This document shows positions 46,933-56,532 of a stretch of 64,000 bases of DNA, piece by piece. The notes beneath the pieces are model-generated. The model was given only the letters and a program-made list of their open reading frames with translations, was not told where the DNA came from and did no database searches. The stretch's first letter is position 1, and each line of letters starts with the position of its first letter. A program made the position numbers and the translations under genes. Origin of the DNA: a virus; IMG/VR virus record IMGVR_UViG_3300044970_002959, positions 14,717 to 78,716 of that record; one strand, written 5' to 3'.

Positions 46933-47419
46933 GATGTTTTACCTTTGTTTTTTGAATAGATATTAGTATATCGGACAAATTCTTGATTGAGGCGGCTAGG
47001 AAATAAAGCCTATCTGATCTTTGCTTGGCGTATTTTTTTATTTTATTCAGGGAGTGTGCTTTGTCATTATGCTTTATTGCTTGAGAGGACTTTTCAGCAT
47101 ACCCATATCCCTTATAATTATTCAGCTCGTCTGCGATTACTTCCTTCATGCTTTCTTCTGCCCAGTTTAGTCTGGCCATTTCTCTATTTGCTGTTCTTTG
47201 AACATGAAAGGCAAATTGACCTAATCTATAAGATATTTGGGCGCAGTCCTCGGGGGATAGTTTTTCTATGGCGGTTCTATCCATTGTCAAGTATTGGTTC
47301 AGCTCAGTTTCCCCAAAAGTATTTGAGGCGTACTTTGGCAAACCTATTCCCTGTTCGTATTCATCTAGGATATTATCCCAGTAGCCTACTTGGTCTGATG
47401 TTGTTTGTGTAGATGTCAT
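46922..47419 (-). CDS. Helical protein, possibly UvsY-like recombination mediator
   Basis: Coiled-coil pattern; lies between recA and helicase. Confidence 0.4.
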   Translation of the reverse strand: MTSTQTTSDQVGYWDNILDEYEQGIGLPKYASNTFGETELNQYLTMDRTAIEKLSPEDCAQISYRLGQFAFHVQRTANREMARLNWAEESMKEVIADELNNYKGYGYAEKSSQAIKHNDKAHSLNKIKKYAKQRSDRLYFLAASIKNLSDILISIQKTKVKHHGS

Positions 47420-47820
47420 TTTTCAATTCTTTCTGTCCACTGTTCCTGAGTCTCACTATATGGCAATTCAATATACTTGATACCATTTATCTCGCACCAC
47501 TCTCTTTTTTCTCTATCCTTTTTTTGTGCCTTTAGGAATGCTAGCTGATTAGCATGATAAAATGGCGTAAACTTATAGTGTTGCTCTCCATGCACTTCTA
47601 TTGCTCGTTTCAATAACGGGATATAAAAATCCAAATATGCAACTTCTGATTTTTTTAATGGTATAGTAACCTCTTCTAGGATCTGAAGCGTCGGGTATTG
47701 CTTTTTGAGCAACTCTCTTGCTATCAAATGGAAAGAGGACTTACGCTCTATTCTAGCGTGGGAGGTGTATCCTGTCAACTGCCAGTTTTGAACTAAACCA
47801 TCCAAAGACTGAATCTGCAT
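47416..47820 (-). CDS. DUF559/Vsr-like PD-(D/E)xK nuclease
   Basis: LDFYIP..IEVHGEQH..D..K..WC. Confidence 0.75.
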   Translation of the reverse strand: MQIQSLDGLVQNWQLTGYTSHARIERKSSFHLIARELLKKQYPTLQILEEVTIPLKKSEVAYLDFYIPLLKRAIEVHGEQHYKFTPFYHANQLAFLKAQKKDREKREWCEINGIKYIELPYSETQEQWTERIEK

Positions 47821-47821
47821 A

Positions 47822-48838
47822 TTAATACTTTGTTCCCATCATTTCTTTAACGGACTTTAGCAACTTGCTGTATTCTTCATGGTTTTCCAAAAAATAAGTT
47901 CTAAGCTTTTCTGTTCCTTGAAACTTTTCTTTGACACCATCAATAGTATACCACGCACCTCCCTTATTGATTAATCCTAGATCAACAGCAAGACTAATTA
48001 ATTCCATACATTTGTCTATGCCCTGTCCATATCTAATGTATGATGTTATAGTTGCCCCAGGAGGACCAAGCGCCGAGCAAGCGACCTGCCATTCGATCTC
48101 TTGCCCGATTTGTGTGTTATCGGCACCAAGGAGCCACGGCTTAAATGTCTTTGCCCTGAGCTTAATATCTGTTTGATAGGCGATAGCCTGTCCAGACTTT
48201 TCCTTGAATTCAGCACCGTATCCTGTTGGATTTCCCATCAAGTGCGTGATCCCTATCACGATATTTTTATTAACCGGAATAACATTAGCAACTTTTCTAC
48301 AGAATTTTGCCAATAGTTTTGCTCCGTCTGCTCTTTGCATCTTGTCCATATCTGATGTAATTTCAGCTTCGGTACACAGAGCAGAGTATGAGTCTATAAT
48401 CAAAACGCTTCCGGGTTCCTCATTAATAATTCTCTCTGCTATCTGTAGGTATTCTTCCGCGTGTAGAATCTTGCCCTGTTGACTACCAATAATATCAAAT
48501 CTAGAAAGATCAAGCCCAGGTATTCCTTCAAGATCTCTCTTTTTCAATCTACCCTCAATATTTAGGTAATACACATGCCTAGGCTTTTTTAGGTCTCCCT
48601 GATATTCTGGTTTTTGTGCTGTAGCGGCGAAGTCTAGAGAGGTTGTTGTTTTTCCGCACTTGGGTTGCCCGGTTAAAATAACAAAACTTCCTTCAGGCAC
48701 ACCGCCACTCAAGATTATATCTAGTGATGGACTTACCGGAATTATAACATTTTTTCTATCCACGAGAGCACTAGCGGACAGCATAATATCTGAACCAAAC
48801 TGTTTTGTTACGTCGTCTTTTAGGCTGGTTGCACTCAT
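47822..48838 (-). CDS. recA: RecA/UvsX recombinase
   Basis: SLDIILSGGVP, GQPKCGKTT, IIDS, KGGAWY, KFQG. Confidence 0.9.
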   Translation of the reverse strand: MSATSLKDDVTKQFGSDIMLSASALVDRKNVIIPVSPSLDIILSGGVPEGSFVILTGQPKCGKTTTSLDFAATAQKPEYQGDLKKPRHVYYLNIEGRLKKRDLEGIPGLDLSRFDIIGSQQGKILHAEEYLQIAERIINEEPGSVLIIDSYSALCTEAEITSDMDKMQRADGAKLLAKFCRKVANVIPVNKNIVIGITHLMGNPTGYGAEFKEKSGQAIAYQTDIKLRAKTFKPWLLGADNTQIGQEIEWQVACSALGPPGATITSYIRYGQGIDKCMELISLAVDLGLINKGGAWYTIDGVKEKFQGTEKLRTYFLENHEEYSKLLKSVKEMMGTKY

Positions 48839-49242
48839 TCTATTTCCTTTAGTTTCGATAATATATTTTTATTATTTTGGTTCTGTTTGAATGTTTTTGT
48901 TTCTGTTCTGTCGTAATTTTTCGACAAGTCTTTGTTGGCTGCTTCCAGCAACAAAACCTCTTGCTCTATGATAGCGATAAGGTGTGGCGCTCGCAACGAA
49001 TATATTTTTTCCGCTTTCTTGTTTTTCAGAGCATTTACTATAGCCTTCTCTGGATATTTGGTAACCAGTTGGTTTGCTGTTGCTATCTGATTTCTGTAAT
49101 ATGCTGACCATTCTTTACTAGACCAAAATCTGAAATGAAGATCTTTACCATCTTTTTTTGCTTTATTCTCACAAATAATTTCTGTGATATATTGGGCAGC
49201 GGTAACGGTCTTATTGTTGGAATACTTGGATATGTATTTCAT
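48835..49242 (-). CDS. Hypothetical protein
   Basis: ORF with ATGA-type coupling to neighbours. Confidence 0.6.
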   Translation of the reverse strand: MKYISKYSNNKTVTAAQYITEIICENKAKKDGKDLHFRFWSSKEWSAYYRNQIATANQLVTKYPEKAIVNALKNKKAEKIYSLRAPHLIAIIEQEVLLLEAANKDLSKNYDRTETKTFKQNQNNKNILSKLKEIE

Positions 49243-49592
49243 TTATTGTTTGGTCTAAAAATAGCGTCCTTGCCGGTTCGTGACACCGTGGGTCCGAGAC
49301 CTTTCTTAAACTCATCATTTACTTCCGAGGCTGCTTTGGTCATGATAGCTACGGACTTTATCTTCTTAGCTTCTGTTTGAGTAATCATTAGATTTTTACT
49401 ATTAACAGGAGACGAGGTTGTTTTGATATTATCCGATGATTTTGTTTGCTTTGAGCTAGCAGTCTTAGTAAGAGACTTTACTTCTTTTACAGCGATCCCC
49501 AACTCTTCGGCTATTTGATCTGGTGTTCTTCCTTCATTTTGAAGATACAGAGCAGCATATCTTAGTGTATTATTTTCTGTTTTCTTTTTCAT
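49239..49592 (-). CDS. HTH-containing protein
   Basis: GRTPDQIAEELGIAVKEV. Confidence 0.6.
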   Translation of the reverse strand: MKKKTENNTLRYAALYLQNEGRTPDQIAEELGIAVKEVKSLTKTASSKQTKSSDNIKTTSSPVNSKNLMITQTEAKKIKSVAIMTKAASEVNDEFKKGLGPTVSRTGKDAIFRPNNK

Positions 49593-49963
49593 GCCAGTTC
49601 CCTTTCTGCGTTATTGAGCCAAGCAATATTTTTTGTCCTTAAGAAATTGATATACATATCAAAAACCTTTTGGTTTACTCTGGTAAAGTTATATTCTGCC
49701 TTGCCCACCTTAGACAAAAATTTATTCGCTCTACCCTCCGAATAAAGACCTATTGGATTATATATCTTCCCATACAGGCCAACTTTGATATAGTATTGTT
49801 TTTCGTGTTCAGCATTCTTTATATACGCTAATGAGTTTTTTTGATCTTCTACTCTTGGGTTCTTTGTTTCGTCTAAAAAGGCGTGCTTACCCAAGACGGT
49901 ATAATACTCATATTCGGCTGTATTTTTTTCTTTCGTTGGATTGATCTCAAAAATATCACTCAT
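49589..49963 (-). CDS. Hypothetical protein
   Basis: Coupled ORF in operon. Confidence 0.6.
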   Translation of the reverse strand: MSDIFEINPTKEKNTAEYEYYTVLGKHAFLDETKNPRVEDQKNSLAYIKNAEHEKQYYIKVGLYGKIYNPIGLYSEGRANKFLSKVGKAEYNFTRVNQKVFDMYINFLRTKNIAWLNNAERELA

Positions 49964-50340
49964 ATCTTAGGTTTCCTTTTATTTTTGCCTTTTGATCCTG
50001 GCCAAACGGGCTTGGGTTGTTTTTTAATTCTGCTCATTCCTCTTGGAAGTTCTTTTTGTGGTCCATCTTCTCTATAAGAGTTGTGTTTTTGATGAAGGTG
50101 TACTTTTTCGTCATCACTCATTCTTTCTGAGTTCCTCTTTGCTAAATCACCTATAGTTTTTAGCTCATTATCTGACTTTCTTACAGACGCGCTTTGTGTG
50201 ATAACATCTTTTGCGTATTCTCTATGAGTATTATTGCTATCGCAATGAATGCACTTTGGATGTTCGGTATAGTCTTTGATATATAAAAAAAGCTCAAAAT
50301 CGCAAGAGCAATTACCGCATGTATATGAATATGTAGGCAT
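49960..50340 (-). CDS. FmdB-family zinc-ribbon protein
   Basis: MPTYSYTCGNC..FE..CIHC. Confidence 0.8.
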   Translation of the reverse strand: MPTYSYTCGNCSCDFELFLYIKDYTEHPKCIHCDSNNTHREYAKDVITQSASVRKSDNELKTIGDLAKRNSERMSDDEKVHLHQKHNSYREDGPQKELPRGMSRIKKQPKPVWPGSKGKNKRKPKI

Positions 50341-50921
50341 TATGAACTAAAAGATTGTGGTAGATAAAAGGTCCACTCTTCCGGGATCTCTTCCTTTATT
50401 CTAAGCAGATTGTGGAGTATTGGCAAGTAACGAAGGTTCTTATTTGGTACGATGGGATTATTCATCAAGGGCATATTAGCTTCTTTGGGCGTTCTATTAC
50501 CCTTCTTCCTGTTGCAAGACACGCATGCTGTGACTATGTTTGTCCAATTTGTGGGCGAATGATTTGGGTCGGACCATTTAGACTTAGGAACAACATGATC
50601 ATAGGTTAATTGATTAGTATCAAAAAGCTGCCCACAATATTGACATGAATAATTATCTCTAACAAAAATATTCTTCCTAGAGAAATTAACTGGCTGTGTG
50701 TTGATTTTAAAAAATCTTTTTGTCTTTGCTACTGCGGGTATGGGTATTTTTTTATCAACGCCCACAATATAATCATTTTTATAAAAGTCTATGACCTCTA
50801 TGCCATATTTATTATTATTTTCATATCTCATAGACCAGACCATAGCCCTCTTCCACGACATTATACCGAGAGGGCTATAGTCCGCATTAACTAATAGACA
50901 TCTAGTATGTTTTGGGTCCAT
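50340..50921 (-). CDS. HNH endonuclease
   Basis: RDNYSCQYCG, TYDHVVP, NIVTACVSCNRKK. Confidence 0.92.
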   Translation of the reverse strand: MDPKHTRCLLVNADYSPLGIMSWKRAMVWSMRYENNNKYGIEVIDFYKNDYIVGVDKKIPIPAVAKTKRFFKINTQPVNFSRKNIFVRDNYSCQYCGQLFDTNQLTYDHVVPKSKWSDPNHSPTNWTNIVTACVSCNRKKGNRTPKEANMPLMNNPIVPNKNLRYLPILHNLLRIKEEIPEEWTFYLPQSFSS

Positions 50922-51630
50922 TCTCGTGATTTTCTAATCTACTAAGAATCTTGGCGATTATTGGATTTCTTACAATATCACCAGACTCTAATTTTCCTAG
51001 TCCTATACCCTCAACGCCGTCCAAAGCTTGAATTAATGATAAAAATCCTCCCTGAGCATGCCTAGCCAAATCAGACTGTCCAACGTCGCCGGTTAGTACT
51101 AGTTTACTATTCATTCCCACTCTAGTCAGTAACATTTTTAGCTGTTCATAAGATGCGTTCTGACACTCATCAGCGACTATAAAACAGTTATGAAAATTGC
51201 GACCTCTCATCAATCCTAGAGGAACAACCTCTATCTTATTATTTGTTTTTAGACTCACATACTGAGCAATAGGTATAAAGTGATTGATTTCATCTAATAT
51301 TGGTAATAGATAGGGGTGTAGTTTTTCTTCCGCTGTTCCGGGCAGATAGCCTATCTTCTCACCAGCCTCGATTACCGGCCTAGTAATAATAATTCTACTA
51401 ACCTTCTCTTCCAATAAATACTCTAGAGCCATACCTATAGCAATATGGGTTTTACCACTTCCGGCAAGCCCTTGACAAAAGGTAATGGTATTTTCTGCTA
51501 TAGTTCTAATATATTCTTTTTGGTTCTCGCTTCTTGGCTTTAATCTATTCCTATAGATAGCACCGCTTGATGTTATGTCGTTGGTTGCATCTATAACTTT
51601 TTTCTTCTTAGCTTTATTATTTTTTCTCAA
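50902..51630 (-). CDS. phoH: PhoH-family ATPase
   Basis: GLAGSGKT, TRP, GYLPG, MRGR, DECQN, LTR, GD..QSD, VRNP. Confidence 0.95.
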   Translation of the reverse strand: MRKNNKAKKKKVIDATNDITSSGAIYRNRLKPRSENQKEYIRTIAENTITFCQGLAGSGKTHIAIGMALEYLLEEKVSRIIITRPVIEAGEKIGYLPGTAEEKLHPYLLPILDEINHFIPIAQYVSLKTNNKIEVVPLGLMRGRNFHNCFIVADECQNASYEQLKMLLTRVGMNSKLVLTGDVGQSDLARHAQGGFLSLIQALDGVEGIGLGKLESGDIVRNPIIAKILSRLENHENGPKTY

Positions 51631-51654
51631 TGGTTACCCTTTGACGAATAGTAA

Positions 51655-53850
51655 TTAAATTAGACATGCGCCACCAGCACAACTAATCTCTTCTATTCCT
51701 ACGGTATTGTCCTCTGTTTCTAATAGTTGTGTATAATCAACCTTCTTGAAGCTATTAAACAGATCACAGTATATTTTCCAATTATATACGTCTTTCATGC
51801 AGTACGTGAGTCTACGAGCATCGCCACCAAAATATTTACCAGCAAAATTCTTCATCTTGGTAACAAATGTAAGCTTTTTAATATCATCATTATCTTTAGC
51901 CTGATTCATGGACACATAATCGCATGCGGCCCAAAGATTATTATCAAAAGCATCCAAAGCTAGTTCTATTAAACCAGAGCACCATAAAGCAGCATCGCCG
52001 TATTCCTTAACTATCTCTCTGCTTGTATAGACTGTGGTGAATGGGGCTTGTGGGTAGTCTTTATCTCCGCTCTGTGGAATCAAAGATATTCCTGCAAAAT
52101 ACTTACGATTATCATAAATGTATTTAGTAACACTCTCCCACTCGTCGGGCTTGACTGTGACAGTATTACTAACATTATGACTTAAGTATTCCTGAGTGCA
52201 TAATGCTTTATTTTTACCAGAATAAACCCAATTTTTTTGCGTATCTTTGACCACTTGTAGCATTTCTACTGCCGGAAGTTGATTCTTTAATTTGGCACCG
52301 TCAGGCACCTCTATAGGAAACTTAACCACTTCGTCTGTATTATTAGCTGACCAACAAGACTTTTCACAGGCTTGGGGGTTAAACTTTTTAAAGTACTGGT
52401 ACGGTGCTTCTAAAACATTCGCCTGAACATGCCTTATATATCGTTTGGCGTGGTGTGGGTGGATGCCAGAACTAGTACCTAGCATACTACTACTAGTGCC
52501 TTCTGGTTTTAGGCAAGTCACTCTAGCCGCTTGATTAATTTTGATTTTCTTTGATATTTCCTTATTTGTTTCTACGGCTATCTTAGCGCCGCTTCTTAGG
52601 ACTTTTTCAGACAACACAAGATCATGCTTCTCCATCGTTCCTGTTAAAGAAACGCCCAAGAGAGCTTCTCTTTCAAAGATTCTGCAACTATTTTCTCCCA
52701 AATAGTCTAGCTTGGTAAAGCCTGCTTGTAAAGTACCAATAATAGCTGCTGCTCTGCATCTTTCATAAAAGTCTTCTTCGTTTTCTATGGAAGAACAATT
52801 TATTGTGGACAGATTGCAGCCCTGCCAACCAGATTTGCCAGTTTGCTCGTCTACTGGCCACATGCCTACTTCAACACACGGATTAAATGTCATCTCTGTG
52901 GAATCACTCCAGATAAATCCAGGCTCGCCAAATTCTTTAACGCTAGTCATTAGAGTATTAAACTCTTCAAAGGTAGTTCCGTCTTTTAAGAGCAATGCGG
53001 AATTATTACTTCTTGCTCTTTGTGGATTATCAATATACCAGTTGCCGGTTTTTGCCTTGGCCATTTCCTCATCGTCGTGACTGAACAATGCCAATGATGC
53101 GCTTCTTCTAACACCACCAGATAAAACAGCATCGCTACTATGCATAATAATATCATACGCATCAATAGGTCTAAGTTTTTTTTGTCCGTTAGCTAAGCAT
53201 CTATCTAATAGTGTTCTGATCTTTTCTAGACCATTGGCTAGAGGTTCAAAACCAGGGGCTTTGCCAACTCCCGAACTAAGATCCGAACCCTTGGGTCTGA
53301 TATTAGAGTAGTCAAAAACCACATAAGTATTTTTGTACATCTTAAATTCTTCGATAGGCTTGCTAAAGTAAGAGCTTAATAAAACGCCTAATGCGTCCGC
53401 CCATCCTTCTATACTATCTTCTATCACATATTTTGTGCCTTGATTAGGATCTTCTATATCGTGTTCTAGAGTTGGGAGTTTAGCGACGTGATGCTTTTGA
53501 ACGCTAAATCCCGTGCCACTACCACAAAGCAATAACCAAAAACACTCTTGAAAGAATCTTAAACGATCACAATATGAGCTAGTGCAATTATAGATTTTTG
53601 CATGTCTCTTTAGAATTGGGTCTCCGCCGAACTGTAGGGCTCTTTGACTACCAAGAACCTTCTTCTTATACATCATATCGTAGGCCCAGTCGATTTCTTC
53701 TGTGATGCCAAGCTCACCATACTTTGAGTGCATCATGTTTCTAACTCTGTCTACCGCCTCTTTCCATGTTTCTCTGCGATTCTTGTCTTCTAGCCATCTT
53801 GCATACTTACTAACGAAAGTATAATTTTGTAACTCTTGAATCGCTGACAT
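51655..53850 (-). CDS. nrdJ: Class II (adenosylcobalamin-dependent) ribonucleotide reductase
   Basis: YNC, GGVRRSA, NPCVE, CNL, KPEGTSS, C-terminal CAGGAC; no beta-subunit gene adjacent. Confidence 0.88.
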   Translation of the reverse strand: MSAIQELQNYTFVSKYARWLEDKNRRETWKEAVDRVRNMMHSKYGELGITEEIDWAYDMMYKKKVLGSQRALQFGGDPILKRHAKIYNCTSSYCDRLRFFQECFWLLLCGSGTGFSVQKHHVAKLPTLEHDIEDPNQGTKYVIEDSIEGWADALGVLLSSYFSKPIEEFKMYKNTYVVFDYSNIRPKGSDLSSGVGKAPGFEPLANGLEKIRTLLDRCLANGQKKLRPIDAYDIIMHSSDAVLSGGVRRSASLALFSHDDEEMAKAKTGNWYIDNPQRARSNNSALLLKDGTTFEEFNTLMTSVKEFGEPGFIWSDSTEMTFNPCVEVGMWPVDEQTGKSGWQGCNLSTINCSSIENEEDFYERCRAAAIIGTLQAGFTKLDYLGENSCRIFEREALLGVSLTGTMEKHDLVLSEKVLRSGAKIAVETNKEISKKIKINQAARVTCLKPEGTSSSMLGTSSGIHPHHAKRYIRHVQANVLEAPYQYFKKFNPQACEKSCWSANNTDEVVKFPIEVPDGAKLKNQLPAVEMLQVVKDTQKNWVYSGKNKALCTQEYLSHNVSNTVTVKPDEWESVTKYIYDNRKYFAGISLIPQSGDKDYPQAPFTTVYTSREIVKEYGDAALWCSGLIELALDAFDNNLWAACDYVSMNQAKDNDDIKKLTFVTKMKNFAGKYFGGDARRLTYCMKDVYNWKIYCDLFNSFKKVDYTQLLETEDNTVGIEEISCAGGACLI

Positions 53851-53960
53851 AATATCTCCTAGATAGTTCAGAATTGAATGAATGAATTAGATGGGTAACA
53901 AATATAGTCCGAATTCATTTTGTTGTTACCATATGATTTTTAAATATTTCTTCTTAGGTT

Positions 53961-53975
53961 ATATCCTTATACACC
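53961..53975 (-). promoter_or_regulatory. GGTGTA-type putative phage promoter motif upstream of nrdJ
   Basis: GGTGTATAAGGATAT overlapping the last codons of the deaminase gene. Confidence 0.35.
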
Positions 53976-54431
53976 GACGATATGTCCTAGCCAAGAAAGA
54001 TCTGGTTCTACTTTTTCTATTGTCATCCCGCTCATTCGAATAAAAGTATCAAATCTTTCTTTCGCCTCATCATTAAAAAGTTGTGTGCCATGATCATCAA
54101 TCATAATAACTTTTTTAATTCCTTCTTGCCACAGAGCAATTATGCAGTCATTGCAGCATTGTCCGGTGACATAGGCTATTCCATTATCTGGCCTTATGAC
54201 ACAATTAGATAAAGCATTGCGCTCAGAATGTACCATCCAGTGATATTTTTCTGGTCTTTGTGTTGGTAATTCTTTATCTTTTAGTCCTTTTGGAAATCCA
54301 TTGTATCCCACGCCAAGAATTCTATTATTTTGGTCAGTAATTACGCAACCGTGCTGGGTGTGTATGTCGTGACTGCGTTGAGAAACAACCTTGGCTAATC
54401 CAAGGAAATAATTAGTCCAGTCCGGACGCAT
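53967..54431 (-). CDS. dCMP deaminase
   Basis: GYNG, HSERNA, CCNDC (HxE..CxxC); start adjusted to MRPDW. Confidence 0.9.
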   Translation of the reverse strand: MRPDWTNYFLGLAKVVSQRSHDIHTQHGCVITDQNNRILGVGYNGFPKGLKDKELPTQRPEKYHWMVHSERNALSNCVIRPDNGIAYVTGQCCNDCIIALWQEGIKKVIMIDDHGTQLFNDEAKERFDTFIRMSGMTIEKVEPDLSWLGHIVGV

Positions 54432-54435
54432 AGTG

Positions 54436-54687
54436 TTATGATTTGGGTTGTGATAATTTATTATATAGAACGAGAGCGGATACCGCCCCGACAACACCCA
54501 TAATGATACCAGATGGTTCCAGTGGAGTCATTCCGAGGAGGTAAGTTATTATACCTCCGGCGTATGATCCCGCAACCCCGAGAACTACTGTTTTTACAAA
54601 ACCAAAATTCTCTTCTCCTGGTACTATTGTTTTTGCTATACTGCCGACAAAAATACCATAAACACACCAGACCAGAATACTAAACAT
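54436..54687 (-). CDS. GlsB/YeaQ/YmgE-family (transglycosylase-associated) membrane protein
   Basis: Three Gly-rich TM helices: G.IAK.IVPG, LGVAGSYAGG, GVVGA. Confidence 0.85.
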   Translation of the reverse strand: MFSILVWCVYGIFVGSIAKTIVPGEENFGFVKTVVLGVAGSYAGGIITYLLGMTPLEPSGIIMGVVGAVSALVLYNKLSQPKS

Positions 54688-55078
54688 GTGCCGCCTCCAC
54701 TAATGTAATAATTTCATCTTCCTTGAGAGACTCTCCTGTTGCTAAAATCGCCTCGACCAAGACCAAAGAATACTTGTTGTAGTCTTCTTTATTTAGCTCT
54801 TTTCGTATAATCTTTTTTAGTCTCATACGAGTAAACCAGCCTCTTCTTGAACTGAACAATTTTATTTCTTGACCATATAAGGAATACTTGTCTTCTTTTG
54901 CTAGAGAAGAAGCTTTTGATTTATTGCATTCTTGTAAAACTCTGACAGCAGTTAGTATAATACTAATAATCATTAGTATAGCAATAACACTACCAAAATT
55001 TTCTGTTTGAGATAACTTTGCGTTTGCTAAAACTTTTTCTGCTATTAGTTTGAGTTTCTGGCTTTCGTCATTTTTCAT
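54680..55078 (-). CDS. Single-TM membrane protein
   Basis: VIAILMIISIILTAV. Confidence 0.65.
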   Translation of the reverse strand: MKNDESQKLKLIAEKVLANAKLSQTENFGSVIAILMIISIILTAVRVLQECNKSKASSLAKEDKYSLYGQEIKLFSSRRGWFTRMRLKKIIRKELNKEDYNKYSLVLVEAILATGESLKEDEIITLVEAAHV

Positions 55079-55120
55079 AATATAACCAGTACTAAAATAG
55101 GGTATTTATATTTATTCTTA

Positions 55121-55132
55121 ATTAAATACACC
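55121..55132 (-). promoter_or_regulatory. GGTGTA-type putative phage promoter motif
   Basis: GGTGTATTTAAT in the intergenic gap upstream of 55078. Confidence 0.5.
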
Positions 55133-55154
55133 ACAGATAATTCTTATCGCTTAA

Positions 55155-55445
55155 CTATCTTCTAATAACTTTTGTTTTATCCGTGCTTTTTGACTGCTCC
55201 TGTGCTTTGTCTTTTTCTTGCTCGCAATATCCGCAATCTACTCTTTTAATGCCGTCACCACTTAAATACCAGCCCTTACCTTCGCACACAGGACAATCTT
55301 TTCTTTTATATTTAACACTTAGCGGATTATCTAGAGCCTTAATGTGGGCGCCAACTAAAGTAACCACAGCGGTTGTTGAACCATTATAATCATACAGGCC
55401 GAATATTGTAGCGGCAATTAATATTGATGGTAGGAAAAATTTCAT
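55155..55445 (-). CDS. Signal-peptide/TM protein with CxxCxGxG zinc-finger motif
   Basis: MKFFLPSILIAA; CPVCEGKG...CGYC. Confidence 0.65.
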   Translation of the reverse strand: MKFFLPSILIAATIFGLYDYNGSTTAVVTLVGAHIKALDNPLSVKYKRKDCPVCEGKGWYLSGDGIKRVDCGYCEQEKDKAQEQSKSTDKTKVIRR

Positions 55446-55609
55446 TGCTTTTTTCTCTTAAGTTTTTTTCTAATATTGGGCAACCATCTATCATCGGTAT
55501 CAACAGCATCTGTTTTGATTTGTGGTGCAAAAATTTTTAAAACACCCAAAATAAAACTAGTAATTAAAGAAATTAGTCTATTTAAAGCAATCTTATCTAA
55601 TAGTCTCAT
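55442..55609 (-). CDS. Small 55-aa membrane protein with basic tail (not in ORF track)
   Basis: MRLLDKIALNRLISLITSFILGVLKIFAPQIKTDAVDTDDRWLPNIRKKLKRKKQ*; ATGA overlaps at both ends. Confidence 0.7.
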   Translation of the reverse strand: MRLLDKIALNRLISLITSFILGVLKIFAPQIKTDAVDTDDRWLPNIRKKLKRKKQ

Positions 55610-56532
55610 AAATAATCCTCAAAACCATAAGAAGGAAGTTTTTGTACAGGAAAGCCGTCGAATTGACTAAACGCATACGAGCCTTGTTGGGCCAACATAT
55701 CCGCAGCGTCTTGAGCCCTAATTAAAAACGATCCGTCTGGAATAGGACCCCAATCTGGATGTCCACCATCATTCCATTTGCCCCAACTGTTTTGCACTAA
55801 AAAGGCCGGTTCCGACCCAGTGTCATCACAGGCTATCCAAGCCATACAATGAGCCCAGCCTCCGCTTTTTCTTGCAAATCCCTTTTTGTCTCTTGTTGAG
55901 GAAAATCCATGTCCAGAACATACGGCTATTCCATAGCCATTAGCAAGAGCATCTCTAGCTTCTTCTACTGTTTTTAATAGACTAACTGTTTTAATTTGAT
56001 GATCATTAGCGAGATCCAAAACCCCATCAGGGACTCCTCTTACTCCCCAGCCGCTACCTATATTGCTATTGTATTTACTAAAATCAATAACTCCAGGATA
56101 GTTTTTTCTCACTAAAATACCACCAGCCCTGCTCACAAATTCTGCGGCTCGACTACAGCTCATGCCTTGTCCACCATGACCCCTATATCCGTAAATACCT
56201 TCTGTTGCACCCCTGGCTATCCACGACTCTCTTTCGGAATGAATATCTATTTCTACTGCTCTAGAAACATCACAAGCATTTCGTGTTCCATGAGACACAC
56301 AGTCTCCAGTAGTTTGACGTTCATTATATGGATTTTTATCAAATTTTAACACACTTTTATATGGTGTTGATAATTTGCCTTTGCCACTATTTTTTATTTT
56401 TCTACTAGCATCACCAAACAAAGGGTGTTTAAGACTAGTCATCATGTACTCAAAGTGTGCTGGTTCCCAAATACAACCAGAATACCCACCACGATACATA
56501 TCATACAGATCTTTAGAAGAATATCTAGCCAT
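55606..56532 (-). CDS. Papain-family (C1) cysteine peptidase
   Basis: QTTGDC (oxyanion Gln and catalytic Cys), AHCM (His), QNSWG (Asn); start at MARY via TAATG overlap. Confidence 0.88.
   Translation of the reverse strand: MARYSSKDLYDMYRGGYSGCIWEPAHFEYMMTSLKHPLFGDASRKIKNSGKGKLSTPYKSVLKFDKNPYNERQTTGDCVSHGTRNACDVSRAVEIDIHSERESWIARGATEGIYGYRGHGGQGMSCSRAAEFVSRAGGILVRKNYPGVIDFSKYNSNIGSGWGVRGVPDGVLDLANDHQIKTVSLLKTVEEARDALANGYGIAVCSGHGFSSTRDKKGFARKSGGWAHCMAWIACDDTGSEPAFLVQNSWGKWNDGGHPDWGPIPDGSFLIRAQDAADMLAQQGSYAFSQFDGFPVQKLPSYGFEDYL

Noticed and set aside
53893-53910. NrdR box upstream of nrdJ (ACAAATATAGT)
   Set aside because: One base short of the palindromic NrdR consensus spacing, and no second box
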